Origin: Lama guanicoe
Lineage: Eukaryota
DNA length: 64,000 nt
Assembly: GCA_013239625.1 (NCBI GenBank)
Contig: MU053482.1
Location: 124,001 to 188,000, forward strand
Reading direction: 5' to 3'
Part shown: piece by piece, positions 1-13,963 of the stretch
Numbering within the stretch: the first letter of the stretch is position 1
Layout: every line of letters starts with the position of its first letter
Program-made: the position numbers and the translations under genes
Notes under the pieces: model-generated
The model's database searches: none
Told to the model about the DNA's origin: nothing
Seen by the model: only the letters and a program-made list of their open reading frames with translations

Positions 1-99
1 CAGCTTTTAGCCAATGTCTGCTCTATGTACAAATACACAGACCTGACCCTCTTTCTTCAATCTGAAACAACACTGAAGGGCCATTCCCCTCAAGAGCAC

Positions 100-276
100 C
101 CCAAGGAATTAGCTCAGACATCTGGGGTAACAGGATCACAGGTTAACTTCCTTCTCCTCTCCACTCTGCTTCCTTCACACCCTGACACGTGTAATTTTCA
201 AGTATACTTCACAGTAAATCTCCTGCATGCAAATCTCTTCCTCAGAGTCTTCTTCTGGAGACTCCAACCTAAGGCA
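100..276 (+). mobile_element. 3' part of an old ERVL-type solo LTR (LTR16/LTR33-like)
   Basis: Ends aaatctcctgcatgcaaatctc..ctcagagtcttcttctggagactccaacctaaggca, resembling recalled ERVL LTR 3' ends; left boundary uncertain. Confidence 0.35.
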
Positions 277-2429
277 AATGTCACTGTCTCAGGTGAACTG
301 ATTGCTTCTCTTCAGGGGGATTGTGACATAGTCCACAGACATAGCAAGTATGGGATGAGTATTGATTCTGAAACAGTCTGTCCCCGCAGGTTCCCAAAGA
401 GGTGGGCTAAGATCTTTGCTATTATATCTTCCCATCACTAAGCAGACCCTTCCCTTGGTCCCATCTCTGATTGATCACCAGTCTACCCTAGTGGCCACAT
501 TCTCCTTTGGAGTGATGCTTTGATTTCACAGTCTTTTTATTCATCCAGTTATTAAGTTATTTTATTCATAGCTGCTGATAAACCTCTTTCATTCATTCAT
601 TCAACAGATAAGATATATATCTATTAAATCCATGTACTCTGCTAGATATTGGAAAGAACAATTAATAGTATAAATGGTCCTTGTCATCATGGCTCACTGG
701 AGAATATATATTAGATATGTGATCACAGATACCTAATTACAATTATAAATGTTATGACCTAAAACTACAGTGTCTTAAAACATATCATATGAGAATGTTC
801 TCAGTATGGGAGCCCACCCTAATTCAAGTTAGTGACCATAAGAATGTATTAAAAGTAAAGGGAGGTGTCGGGGTAGGCTGAGGATACAAAATTCCTGAGG
901 CAGGAGGGAAGGGAGGTTGGTATTGTCAAAGACCTGACAGAATCATGAAATTTAGGGATGTAGTTCTCAGGAACTAAGCCTGGTCTGTAAGCAAGAACCT
1001 TAGCATGCATGTTTTAGGTCATATCAAAGGGCAGTGGAAAGTCATGAAGATTTTAAGCAGAAGATTAAAAGACAATCAGAATCTCATTATCAAGTATCAT
1101 GCTAGGAGTATGCATAGGAAGGGGTGAAGCAGAGATGCTGGAAGATCTGTTAGATACAGTGATCTCTACGGAGTTCAAGGATATGTCACGGGAATGGGTA
1201 AATGAGATAAGGATTTGGGGGGAAAGAAATCAAGAATATGAAAATCCAGAGTTTTCAATGGGTCATTCACAATAATACTGAAGTCTCCCACCAAGATTAT
1301 GGGCGGCCAAAATATAGGGAAGATATTGACCAAGTGAACATTTAATGAAAGAGGGCAGCCAGAAGAGATACTGGTAACTGGAAGTGGTAGATTGTTCATA
1401 TCATCAAGATTTTATGCTAATACAACATTTTCAGACTAAGATCATTCAAAAGTAGTTTGACCAAAGCACTTAGAGAACTCTAAATCCAGAGGTAAACATC
1501 ACTCAATCCTCCACCCACTAAGAAGTCTTGAGACTATTGCATAATCCTCTGCAATCTTGTGTCTATTCCATCTCTCCTGCAGATCTTTGTCCCACTTTCT
1601 ACACATGGAGCAATGACAAGAGTGGAGGGAGAGTCTCTGCTTTTTGCCCTTTCTTTGAAGAATGATCTTCTTCCCAATAATATTGAAGATTAATATTTAA
1701 TAGAGAAAAGTGGGATCGTAGAGTATGGCATAGAGCAGAAGCCACTTAGGAGAAAGACTGAGGCAGACTCCCCCTAGGGATCATAAGTTTAGCCCTAATC
1801 CTCCATGTACCCACCCAACAACTCAGGCCCATTTTCTTCGAAACCCTGGTCATTCATAGCATGTCTTTAACCTGAGCCACCCTGTGTCTCATTTCTACCC
1901 TTATTTCCCAATGAGAATTAGTCCTCTGTGACTTGAAGCCAATCTCTACCACACACCATCGCATTTTATCATAATTTCTGTATTTCCAACTTCACTTCAT
2001 CATCAAAATGATAGCCTAGTACATACTCAGAATAATGTAGAAAATAATAAAGAAAAGGACAACAAATTCTAGTTTTCTCTTTGTTCTGTGCTTATACACA
2101 GCAGTGAGTCTGCATTACAAGAATAATCATGCCCCCTCTAATATGTCTGCACAATGTCCAAAATACCACCAGTTAAAACTAACAATATTTGTAAAGATTA
2201 AGTCAATGTGGTATTAGTCATGAGGATGGCAGTGAAAACAATAGTGTTGATAGTGATTACAATTGCAATGGTTGTTTTGTGACAACTTATTTCATTTCTT
2301 CAATAAAACTTTGAGTGCCTACAGTGTTACACGTGGAGATTATGTATTCATCTAATCAAAAACATACACTGCGCCAATGTGACTGATGAGGAAACATAAT
2401 AGTAAAGATACAGTCCATTAAATAGTGAA

Positions 2430-2600
2430 ATTTATTTATTGAGCAAACATTTATTGAGAGCCTATTCTGTGCCAGGCACTATGCTAAGAATACAACAGAA
2501 CTCACCATCTGGTAGGGATGGGGGACAGAGATCATTCAACAATCATTATATACATAATTGTAAATTATAATGGATAATGAAACATCATTAAGGTATTAGG
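2430..2600. mobile_element. L2 LINE 3'-end fragment
   Basis: aaacatttattgagagcctattctgtgccaggcactatgctaag is the typical L2 tail motif. Confidence 0.6.
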
Positions 2601-3499
2601 AAAGGATAGAGATTTTAGCTCTCAATAAACTATAAATATAGTAAATAAAGAAACTATAACCTAGGTTATAATCTTATTTTATCTCACTAGAAAAAAAAAG
2701 GCCATTAAAATCATTAAAATTGTCAGCAACACTAATTAAAATATGCATATTAAAATTATACTGAATTTTTTATAATCTGAAAAACAAGTAAGAGTAGAAA
2801 ACAAAACGTCCCTCACCATCAATGCCACCTCAAAATTGACACTTGCACACATCTGGTAAGACTGTAAATTGGCCCAAACATACAAAAAGTGATTTGGCAA
2901 AATGTTTCTAAATGTGCAAATTATGTTTTTTCCACTGAGTCTATTTTTGGAAAGATATACAAAAAAGAGTCTAAATGCTGACAAAAAATTTATTAAAAAG
3001 TTCATTGTAGGGGCTGCTGGCTTCCTTTCCTGCATGAAAGGATCTTGGAAGTTGCCACTCCATCCTAACAACAAATAAAACACTGACCACTGAAAAATCA
3101 GTAATTCATGTTGTATACATAAGAAAGGGTAGAATGCAAAGCAAATTGCTGCCCCCATTAATTAATTAATTGATTGATTTTGGCAATTGGAAAGCATTAG
3201 CAAAAGTGATTTCCATGTGGTGTTAAAACAAAAATTAAACTGTAGAGAAATAAGAAGTATCTGTCAGATGAGGAAGAGGAAACAAAATGAAGAGGTTACA
3301 CCCAAAGTTTGTGAGAGGGAAATTAGATAGGGGCAAACTCTGGAAGGAGTATGAAATAAAGATATATTCTGAGATGGGATACTTCAGAGCGGTCCTGTAA
3401 CAAGGGGCACTATGCATCAGAGAAGGGTGAATTAAGCTCTTGGGAGTCTGGAGTGGAGAGCTGTCCGTGTGGTGGGCTGATAGGTCTACTCCCAGAAGT

Positions 3500-3814
3500 C
3501 ACTTGGCTAACCCCTGAGAGCACTGAGGGCCTTTTCCCATTCCAATGTAAAACAGCATTAGACCCTGGAGGATGTTTGGAATAGAGTGGGAAGGACTTAT
3601 AGAGCAGCACATCAAACCAGGGAATCTCAGGGATCTAACTGATTTTGAAACCTCAAACTCCAAGGATGTCAAGTAAAGTCACAAATCTGCTCTGAACAAC
3701 AAAAGGCTAAACACTGGCAGCTGCAGCAGGAGAGCAGAAGCAGCTGCAGGAGGCGTTGCAGCCTGGGAGCCTCCTGACAGCCCCTCCTGAAGTCAGCGAC
3801 CTGCATCCTCAGAG
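3500..3814 (+). promoter_or_regulatory. Candidate promoter and non-coding first exon of OR56B4
   Basis: Homeodomain site CATTAG (3556-3561) abuts O/E-like ACCCTGGAGG (3562-3571); strong donor GAG|GTGAGG after 3814; acceptor tttacAG at 8890-8891 lies just before the OR ATG. Confidence 0.35.
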
Positions 3815-4349
3815 GTGAGGGGATGAATGTGTCTCCTGTTTCTGTAATTTTGTCCCGGATTCTAAATTTGATTATATGCCTAATGGTTGGCCTCCGCGGT
3901 TGAATTTTCATCTTTAGTACTCCCTCCTCTCAAGCTTTTCACTTCTGTAGAGACTAAGGTCTGCGGTTAGGAAATAAGAGAGGCTGAACTCTAACATGAT
4001 GGGACACCCTTGAGAGGATGGGACTTTCCAGTCAGAAGATCATGCAAACAAGTCATAATAGAATGACATATTCAAGAAATGAAAACAAAAGTATCCATTT
4101 CTCAGCATTACATAAAAGACTCCGTAAAACTGAACTGAATAAATGATAAACAAAGAGGTTTAGAATGCTAAATTCTAAATCCAGGATTCTCAGAACAAAA
4201 ATTAATTTCAAGAATCATTGATATTAAATAAAATGCTATTAAATAAATGTGTTTGAAATGATAAAAATGAAAAACAAGTTTCTTATATTTGACAAAAGAC
4301 TTTAAAAACAAAATAATATTTAATGAAATTCCAGCTAACTCTATTAAAT

Positions 4350-5900
4350 TCAACCAAATTAAAGATATTTGCCATCACAATTATTTTACATGATAATGAG
4401 TTTCCAGACATTTCAGTGAGACATAAGACAAAAATTAAGAGATGTTAATGTTTGTAAAGAGGGAAAACATCATTATTTTGAAGCATCTTTTTGGTCTACC
4501 TAGACTACTAAAGAGTACCAATGGGAAAACTGTAAGAATTGATAATAGTTTAGCAACGTGGATGATATACAAAACAAAATAATAAAACAAATGCAATTGT
4601 AATATATAACATACAAAATATTTCCTTTACAAAAAACAGATAATTGTTTGTTATGATAATACAGGGGAGAAATGATCACATTATAAGTGATAAGAGTTTA
4701 TCAAAGTGGCTGAAGCAAGATGAAATAACAAAAGCCAATACAATTATACTAAAAAAGATAAATTTAATGGGCTAGAAGCATACAATGGAATACATACTAC
4801 AGAAAATCATATTCGCTACATATACCCCAAAATGTTAAAATTCATAATAAGAGTGAAAATGTACAAAATTTGAATGAGTTTTTAATATATTTTATATATT
4901 TAATACATAGAGAAGCTTCAGAAGAAGCAAAGAGAGACAGAGAGGGTCTTCATTATTAAATAAAGTTTAATAGTATAAAGTCACCTTTTTTTTTCCAAAA
5001 TGAATCTACAGATTTAACAAAGTCCCAAACAAAAGTGTGCTATTTTAGAACTCAATACATGAATTCTAAGGTTAATCTGGAAGAATAAACACATGAAAAG
5101 AGCTTTAAAATTGAAGAGAATAAGAGTAATATGGTCCTATTGTGCAGTAAATTTTTACAAAACTAGAACATTTAATTCAGTTTGATATGGCACAGAAATA
5201 ACCAGCAAGAAATATGAAAACAACAGACTGTCCAGAGACAGAATTAATACATATACAAATCACACATGTGACAAAGAGGGCATAATAATCAGTTGCAGAA
5301 AGATGTGGATATTATTGTTTAAAGTCAATTTCTTTACATATTTCTCATTAACAGCAAAATTAATGTCACAAAACAAAAAGCTCAACTAGTAAAAATTTAA
5401 AGACTTAAGGAAGTGAATGTTGGTCCAAATTTTGAGTAAAGAATCATTTTCTGCATCTCTTAGTTGAGGGGTGAAATGTTTTTAAAACCTGATGAAAGCT
5501 AAATAGATCCTCTCCTAATAATAATAACAATGATGACAGGGTTTTTCCATACATTTATGAAGTTCACAGACTACCATACAGACTATCTGTAAATACTTCG
5601 TTAAAGATTTCAGTTTAAGCTTAAAACATCTGGGAAAAAGGGTGAAAGGAAAATGCTCTAAGTCTGATTTTTTAAAAATAGAATTAACTATATCTAAAAA
5701 TATATAAGCAGTGTGTAAAACCAAGCAAAAATTGGGGAAAATGTTATAAAACCATATACAGCCATTGAAAATAACATTTATAGAATTATGATTTTTATAA
5801 TTTCCCAATGAATTAGGACCTTGTATAGTAAGTGTATCATGATAAGAAAAAGCACAAGATGAATCATTCTATTTACATAAAATTTCAACTGTGAAAACAC
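4350..5900 (+). mobile_element. Highly degraded old L1 (L1M) ORF2/3' fragments
   Basis: A-rich tract with decayed L1 ORF2 motifs, e.g. aatctacagatttaacaaagtcccaaac near 5005-5030. Confidence 0.55.
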
Positions 5901-6257
5901 TGAAAATTAAAAATTCTAAAGTGTTAACTATCATATAGTTGCCTAATGGGATCTTGATTTATAGATATTTTTCTTCATTGTTTTGTTTCCTGAACTTCTA
6001 TTGTTTTCTTTTTCCTACTTTTAATCAATTTTATGATTAATATATGCTTATTATAATTAATAATGACATGGTCACTCATTCTCAGGAGTGATGGGAAATG
6101 GAGCCTCAATTTTATACATCATACCATTAAATCAAACAAAGCCAGGGATTTGGGAAAGGAAATATTGATACCTAGATATTTGACAAAACAAGGTATTATT
6201 CACAGACAAAAGTAACAAAAAAATTCTTAGATAGTCAAGGATTCCTAAAATTGGGTA

Positions 6258-7265
6258 TTTTTTTTATTTTAATTGTGGTAAAATACATATAACATAAAAA
6301 TTTACCACCTTAATCATTTTTAGGTGTATAGTTCAGTGGCATTAAGTACCTTCACATTGTTGTATATATATACCATCACCACCATCCATCCACAGAACAC
6401 TTTTCACCTGAAAGACTGAAACTCTACCTATTAAATAATAACTCCCAATTCCCCTCCTCCAATCTGTGGAAATCATCATTCCACTGTCTCTGAGTTTGAC
6501 TACTTTAAGTATTTCATGTAGGTGGAATCATGACTGGCTTGTTTCACTTAGTATAATGTCCTCAAGTTTCATTCATGTTATAACATATGTCAGAATCTCC
6601 CTCCTTTTTAAAGTTAAATAATATTCCATGCACGTATGTACCACATTTTTGCTTATTCATTTATCTGTTTATGGGCACTTGAGTAGCCTCTAGTTCTTAG
6701 CTACAGAGAATAATGCTGATATAAACATGGGTATACAAATATCTCTTCAAGTCCTTGCTTTCAGTTCTTTTGGGTATATACCTAGAAGTGGAATTATTGG
6801 ATTATATGATAATTCTATTTTTAATATTTTGAGTAATTGCCATACTGTTTTCCACAGCCACTGCACCATTTTACATTGCCACCTAAGATGCCTAAGAGTT
6901 CTAATTTCTCCACATCCTTGCCAGCATTTGTTCTTTTCTAAGGTTTTTTCTTTCTTTTCTTTTTCTTTTTTTTTTTTTTGCTAATAGTCATCCTAATGGG
7001 TATGAGGTGGTATCTCAACATGGCTTTGACTTACACTTCCCTGATGATTAGATTAGTGTTGAGTGTCTTTTCACATGCTTATTAGCCATTTTTATATCTT
7101 CTTTGGAAGAATGTCTATTCAAGACATTTGTCAGTTTTTCAATTGACTTGTTTGGTTTTTGTTGTTGAATAGTAGACATTGTTTATATATTTTGAATATT
7201 AACCCTCTTTCAGATATATGATTTGTAAATATTCCCTCCCATACTGTGGGTTGCCTTCTCACTGT
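6258..7265 (-). mobile_element. L1 3' end (L1MA/L1MB-like), antisense
   Basis: Poly-T at 6258, then ttaattgtggtaaaatacatataacataaaa...; antisense ORF2 C-terminal motifs (VRRQPTVWEGIFTNHIS in ORF 7131-7316). Confidence 0.85.
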
Positions 7266-8175
7266 GCTGACCACAAGGAGGAACTGGGAATTGGGTGGAT
7301 TTCTCCTGTACTGCACAAGGCAGATTATGGGGAAAGAATGAGAAAAATTCCTGTCATTTTGAGTGTGGCATTTTCTTGGCTTGGCGTTTACTTTGTCACT
7401 ATAAGACTTTAGTTTCTTAGTTTATAGAACTCCCACAAAGCTATTTTGGTTAATCTGTCACTCCGTTAGTGTTCCCATGAGAAAACAAGACCTGGAGCCT
7501 CCTGGTCTGTCATTTTGCTGACATAAGTCTCTCAAGTACACTTTTTGATATAATTATTTGAAAGTTTTCCAGAAATGAAAGAATTAACAAAGTCAGGAAT
7601 GTGAAAATGAGGAAGACCAAGTATGAAAGGACCAAGATTAAACCATGAAATTACTTAAACACAAGAAAAAGTCTAAATGTGTGCAAAAAAAGCTTCCTGT
7701 ATTTCCAACATATACCATACAGAAATACAGAAGTGTTTAAGTTTGTTTCCACTTGTTCCTCATTATATTTTGTATTAATAACACTGATGATTTCAAAATA
7801 TAGCTTTACATATGTCTTTAATGTACTTTCATAATCAGATGAGGAAACAATACTATTCTATAGGACAGTGATCTGCTGGTTAAGATTTCACAGAATGAAT
7901 GCTCAAATTAAATGCAGAATATTAAAATTTTACTGTAGCTTTGTCACTTATTAATAACTTCAATATATGATTCTTATCTAGACAAATCATTCAACCTCCA
8001 TTTCTTCACATCAATAATAACACTTTGAGAGTGAAGCTTAAATGGATTATGTCAGAAATTATTCTCCAACAAGGCATCCAAAAGAAAAGCCTAGTCAGGG
8101 TTCTCACTGTGACTACTTATTCTCTTCCTGAAGGCCTCCAAGAATGGAGGCTACCCTCTCATTTTTATTCTTAAT

Positions 8176-8563
8176 TATAGCTCAGTTGTATCCCTCAAAA
8201 TTCACATTTTGAAATCCTAACCTCTAGTACCTCAGAATTAACCATCTTTTCAGATAAGGTTTTTAAATTGGTAATTAAGTTAAAATGAAATCTTTTCAGT
8301 GAGTCCTAATCCATTATGTGCAGTGTCCTTAAGAAGAGGAAATTTGGACACAGATATGTGTGTGCATGGAGAAAAGACCATGTAAAGGCACCAGAATGAC
8401 AACCATCTACAAGCCAGGGAAAGAGGACTTAGAAGAAACAAAACTAGCTGACACCTTGATTTTGGACTTCAGACTACAAAACTATGAGAAAATAAAGTTC
8501 TGTTGGTTAAGTTACCCAGTCTGTGATTTTTTTTTTCTTTAGGCAGCCCTTGAAACTAGTACA
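8176..8563 (+). mobile_element. MaLR solo LTR (MLT1-like)
   Basis: aaattcacattttgaaatcctaacc... gacaccttgattttggacttcagactacaaaactatgagaaaataaa... ends aaactagtaca. Confidence 0.75.
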
Positions 8564-8921
8564 CCACTGAAATGTCTGTTTCCTTATAATATATGTGTCT
8601 CCTGCACTATGTCCATTTCCCCCACATACAAAAATTTACCGGGGACTTCAGGCACATAAAGTCATTAAATCTCTACTTTAATTATATCAAAATCTTTATC
8701 TTAGGATCTATCGTGGACCTTCTATTATTCTTAGGTAAACTTTCTCCGAGAGTCTTAAAGGGATAAAAGATGCATCACGTTAAAAAAAAAAAAAAGACTG
8801 AGTTATTGTTGGTGAACCTTACACCTCTACACAGATTTTGGCCCTCAGCTGACCTAACCACAGCCTATTCTTGTTTCCCCTTAATTTACAGGTACCTGCT
8901 GAGATCGAGACATCCCATGAT

Positions 8922-9887
8922 ATGGATACCACCCTGAGCATAACCAACAGCTCAAGGTTTCACGTGTCTGAGTTCATCCTGATGGGGCTCCCAGGCATTC
9001 ATGAGTGGCAGCACTGGTTTTCACTGCCACTGGCCCTGCTCTACCTCTTAGCTCTTGGTACCAATCTCCTCATCTTGATCACCATCCAACATGAGCCCAC
9101 CCTGCACCAGCCCATGTATCTATTCCTTGGTATCCTGGCGGTAGTGGACATTGGCCTGGCTACTACCATCATGCCCAAAATCCTGGCCATTTTATGGTTT
9201 AATGCCAAGACCATCAGCCTCCCTGAGTGCTTTGCTCAGATCTATGCCATCAACTCTTTCATGTGCATGGAGTCAGGTATCTTCCTCTGCATGGCTGTGG
9301 ATAGATATGTAGCCATTTGCTACCCCCTTCAGTACCCCTTCATAGTCACTGAGACTTTTGTGATCAAAGTCACAGTGTCTATGATACTCAGGAATATCCT
9401 ATTGACCATCCCAGTGCCTGTACTGGCTGCCCAGAGACACTACTGCTCCAGGAATGAGATTGACCACTGCCTCTGCTCTAACTTGGGGGTCACCAGTCTG
9501 GCCTGTGATGACATCACTATTAATAGGTTTTATCATTTGGCCTTAGCCTGGGTTGTGGTTGGGAGTGACATGGGTCTGGTCTTTGCTTCCTATGCTTTGA
9601 TTATTCGCTCAGTGCTGAGGTTGAAATCTGCAGAAGCAACAGCTAAGGCCCTGAGTACCTGCAGCTCTCATCTCATCCTCATTCTCTTTTTCTACACAGC
9701 CATTATTGTGGTGTCTGTCACCCATCTGGCAGGAAGAAGATTTCCCTTCATCCCTGTTCTCCTCAATGTGCTGCATAGTGTCATTCCCCCAGCACTTAAT
9801 CCTATGGTGTATGCCCTTAGGACGCAGGAACTGAGAGTGGGCTTTCAGAGGGTACTTGGTTTGGGTGAGAATGTGTCTAGGAGGTAA
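8922..9887 (+). CDS. OR56B4: Class I olfactory receptor, family 56B, intact single-exon CDS of 321 aa
   Basis: Motifs [37 protein letters not shown]. The true ATG is 8922 (MDTTLS...); the TTG start at 8871 in the ORF track lies upstream of acceptor AG 8890-8891. Symbol from recalled similarity to human OR56B4 and synteny. Confidence 0.9.
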   Translation: MDTTLSITNSSRFHVSEFILMGLPGIHEWQHWFSLPLALLYLLALGTNLLILITIQHEPTLHQPMYLFLGILAVVDIGLATTIMPKILAILWFNAKTISLPECFAQIYAINSFMCMESGIFLCMAVDRYVAICYPLQYPFIVTETFVIKVTVSMILRNILLTIPVPVLAAQRHYCSRNEIDHCLCSNLGVTSLACDDITINRFYHLALAWVVVGSDMGLVFASYALIIRSVLRLKSAEATAKALSTCSSHLILILFFYTAIIVVSVTHLAGRRFPFIPVLLNVLHSVIPPALNPMVYALRTQELRVGFQRVLGLGENVSRR

Positions 9888-9929
9888 GCCAAATTTCAAT
9901 GACAGAATGTTATCATTGGTATTACAGAA

Positions 9930-10215
9930 AGAGCACAGGCTTTGGAGTCCAGTAGTTCTGGGTCAAAATTCCACATCCCCCACTTGCTGGGATCACCAAT
10001 TGAAATTAACTCACCTATTTTGTATAGCACATGCTATGTGCAAGACCCTATTCTAAACATTTCACGAACAGTAATTCATTTAATTGCCATAACCACCCTG
10101 TGAAGCAAGACCAATTGCTTTTTATACATTTTGCAGATGAAGCAAGAAGGTTGAGAAACTTATCTAGGGTCAAATAAGAAGGAAGTTGCAGAGTGAGATT
10201 AGAATCCAAGCCAAA
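9930..10215. mobile_element. MIR SINE fragments
   Basis: gagcacaggctttggagtcc..gttctgggtcaaaattcc and cattttgcagatgaagcaagaaggttgagaaactt MIR motifs. Confidence 0.6.
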
Positions 10216-10422
10216 AAAGTCCCTGATGTTAATCCTTTCTCTCTATCAGCTTCATGACTAATTTTTAAAACAGCAAATTAAAATGACAATAAAAAAAGAA
10301 TGATACTTAACTAAAGTGTGCCTCTCTAATATTTAAGCAATCAATTAAGGTTGTGGTTAGCTGTGTGTAAGAGACACTATATTATAGTGGCTTGGCCAGA
10401 TTGGGGTTTATTTATCTCATCT

Positions 10423-10456
10423 CACACATACACAGACAGACACACACACACACACA
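10423..10456. repeat. Imperfect (CA)n microsatellite
   Basis: cacacatacacagacagacacacacacacaca. Confidence 0.85.
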
Positions 10457-11003
10457 AAATAAGGCACTTCTATTATGCTATCAAAAGACAGAGATTTTTC
10501 TACTTTTCTGCTCTGCCAATCAAAGCTATGACTACTATCCTTCATTTTCAACTCCACATTCCAGACAAGAACAAAGAATAGCCTCAATAGACTTATATGT
10601 CTGATTCGTCAGAATGAGTCTAATGTTTATCTCTAGTTACAAGACTCAAAAGTTATGTACTTCAGCTTTCCAAAATGTATGATAGAAGTTATGGGAAGGT
10701 GAGTTTGAATGGATGTTGAATAGCTAACTCACAGTAAAAACAGACAATACACATCATGTTCTTGACATGCAGTATTTTCAGAAATTGATAAAATATTGGG
10801 CCATGAAGAAAGCTCAAAAATTCCAAGGAGTAAACAAGTTCTAAAGATCTCTGATTAACATGACTAACTCAGTACTCACTGCAGCTTCTTCCTTCCACTC
10901 CAAAACCTAGTGACACTGGCTAAATATTCAATAGTAAATCAATCCATAACATGATAAAAAAAAAAGGAGAGGAATTCATGAAACAGAAAATAAGAAGCAA
11001 CTC

Positions 11004-12965
11004 TAACACCCATTTATGATAAAACCTCTCACCAAAGTGGGTATATCTCAACATAATAAAAACTATATATGACAAACCTACAGCCAGCATAGTACTCAAT
11101 GGAGAAAAACTCAAAAGCTTCCCACTAAAATCTGGGACAAGACAAGGATGCCCACTATCACCACTCCTATTCAACATAGTCTTGGAAGTCCCAGCCACAG
11201 CAATCAGAAAAGAGAGAGAAATAAAATGGATCCAAATTGGAAAAGAAGAGGTAGAAGTGTCACTATATGCAGATGACATGATACTACATATAGAAAACCC
11301 TAAAAGGTTCACACAAAAACTACTAGAGCTGATCGAAGATTAACGTTCAAAAATCAGTTGCATTTCTTTACATTAACGAATCAACAGAAAAAGAAAGTAA
11401 AGACACAACAGCACCCAAAGTAATAAAGTACCTAGGAATAAATCTAACCAAGGAAGTGAAAGAATTATACACGGAAAACTATAAAACACTGATTAAGGAA
11501 ATTAAAGAAGACTTTAAAAAATGGAAAGATATCCCATGCTCCTGGATTGGAAGAATCAATATTGTTAAAATGGTCATACTGCCCAAGGCAATCTACAGAT
11601 TTAATGCAATCCCTATCAAATTATCCAGGACATATTTCACAGAACTAGAACAAATCATAATAAAATTTACATGGAGCCACAAAAGACCTAGAATTGCCAA
11701 AGCATTACTGAAGAAAAAGAAAGAGGCTGGAGGAATAATTCTCCCAGACTTCAGACAATACTACAGAGCTACAGTAATCAAAACAGTATGGTATTGGTAC
11801 AAAAACAGACATATAGACCAACTGAACAGAATAGAGAGCCCAGAAATGAACCCACAAACTTTTGGTCAACTAATCTTCGACAAAGGAGGCAAGAATACAC
11901 AATGTAATAAAGACAGTCTCTTCAGCAAATGGTGTTGGGAAAACTGGATGAGGAAAACTGGAGCATGTAAATCAATGAAGCTAGAACACTCTCTTACACC
12001 GTACACAAAAATAAACTCAAAATGGATCAAGGACTTAAACATAAGACAAGATACAATTAACTTTCTAGAAGAAAATATAGGCAAAATATTATCTGACATC
12101 ATCTCAAAAATGTTCTCCTAGGGCAGTCTACCCAAGCAATAGGAATAAAAGCAATAAACAAATGGGACCTAGTGAAATCTACAAGCTTCTGCATAGCAAA
12201 GGAAACCATAAGTAAAACAAAAAGACAACCTACGGAATGGGAGAAAATTTTTGCAAATGATGAAACCGACAAAGGCTTGATCTCCAGAATATATAAGCAG
12301 CTCATATGACTTTATAAGAAAAAAAAGCAAACAACCCAATCCAAAAATGGGCAAAAGACCTAAACAAACAATTCTCCAAGGAAGACATACAAATGATCAA
12401 TAGGCACATGAAAAAATGCTCAATATCACTATTATCAGAGAAATGCAAATCAAAACTACAATGAGGTATCACCTCACACCAGTCAGAATGGCCATCATTC
12501 AAAAGTCCACAAATGACAAATGCTGGAGAGGCTGTGGAGAAATGGAAACCCTCCTTCACTGCTGGTGGGAATGCAGTTTGGTGCAGCCACTGTGGAAAAC
12601 AGTATGGAGATGCCTCAAAAGACTAGGAATAGACTTACCATGTGACCCAGGAATCCCACTCCGGGGCATATATCCAGAAGGAACCCTACTTCAGGATGAC
12701 ACCTGCACCCCAATGTTCATAGCAGCATTATTTACAATAGCCAAGACATGGAAACAGCCTAAATGTCCATCAACAGATGACTGGATAAAGAAGATGTGGT
12801 ATATTTATACAATGGAATACTATTCAGCCATAAAAACCAACAACATAACGCCATTTGCAGCAACATGGTTGTTCCTGGAGAATGTCATTCTAAGTGAAGT
12901 AAGCCAGAAAGAGAAAGAAAAATACCATATGAGATCCCTCATATGTGGAATCTTAAAAAAAAAAA
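11004..12965 (+). mobile_element. Relatively young 5'-truncated L1 (ORF2 RT C-terminal half to cysteine-rich end), disrupted
   Basis: YADD motif (tatgcagatgac ~11265-11277); ORFs 11456-12121 and 12416-12991 are L1 ORF2; A-tail 12955-12967; TSD AAGCAACTC at 10995-11003 and 12966-12974. Confidence 0.95.
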
Positions 12966-13289
12966 AAGCAACTCCAAAAGATGAAAGATGACTATGATGG
13001 GATTATGGGAAAGAATAGAAGCCCAAAAGGTGCACGGGAAAGGACCACTACAAAAATAATATTGATTCAGAAATGTCCGACACTAAAAGAAGCAGGGGGC
13101 CATGGGAAAATCAAACTGGTGATTAACAGGTAGCACAGTATAAGCAGGCAGGCAGGTCTAGCCTTTTACACATACACTCTTAGACCAAAAAGTGAACCAA
13201 AAATCAAGCCAGAGGGGTGGGTGTTCCAGAATATTGGAGATCAGGTCAGAAAACAGGACAGTGATCCACATGGCCATAAATAACCAGGC

Positions 13290-13963
13290 CCCATGAGACA
13301 TGGAAAAGAAGCTCAACTATAAATCAAGCTCTAGCACACCCCATGTCTCCCCTCCAACAGGGTGCATCCAACAAATACAGCAGCATTCTGAGATTGCCTA
13401 CTAGGAACAAAAACAATCAGCCAATGACCGGGATACTTGGTCTAAACTTTAGACAGCTTTCTTCCCTGACTATTAGCATCTGACCTCCCTTTCCTTAGGT
13501 AATTTGCTTGGGATAATTTGCAGTGTATATAAATCTTCTGCTAACCTCCTGACAGTTTTACAACCTAGAAAATGTCTTTCTCAAGACCTGGAAACTATCT
13601 CATGAAATATAAATATCAAAGGTATTTATCTCCCAGTCTCTGTGGAGGGTAGGAGTCTAACTTTCCAATTAGCAAACACAGATGGCGAAATCACAGACAA
13701 AAAAAGCATTTGTAATCTCAGGAATAACCCAGTATGTTTGACATAACCCATTGATCAACCTCCTACTAAATTCCCCCAGTATTTTTCCACTAGCTCATCC
13801 CAGTTCTTAAACCCATTTCACCTGACACCTTACTGTGGCCCAGCCACACCTTGTTTTAGCCAAGACTTGGTCTGTGCTCTCTCCCCTGTTCCTAGCAATA
13901 ATATCAAATATCAAATAAAATCAACTTCTGCGTGCTCATCCTGTCCAGTGTAATTTTCTTTAC
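13290..13963 (+). mobile_element. ERV1-type solo LTR (MER34/MER39-like)
   Basis: ggtaggagtctaactttccaattagcaaacacagatggc motif, AATAAA near 13914 and a 3' end tgtaattttctttac; family name from recall. Confidence 0.55.

Noticed and set aside
8871..8921. 17-aa N-terminal extension of OR56B4 in the ORF track
   Set aside because: Starts at TTG in the intronic polypyrimidine tract upstream of acceptor AG 8890-8891; the ATG is at 8922.
11456..12991. Reverse-transcriptase-related ORFs as a novel retro-element system
   Set aside because: Ordinary fragments of a frameshifted, 5'-truncated L1 ORF2.
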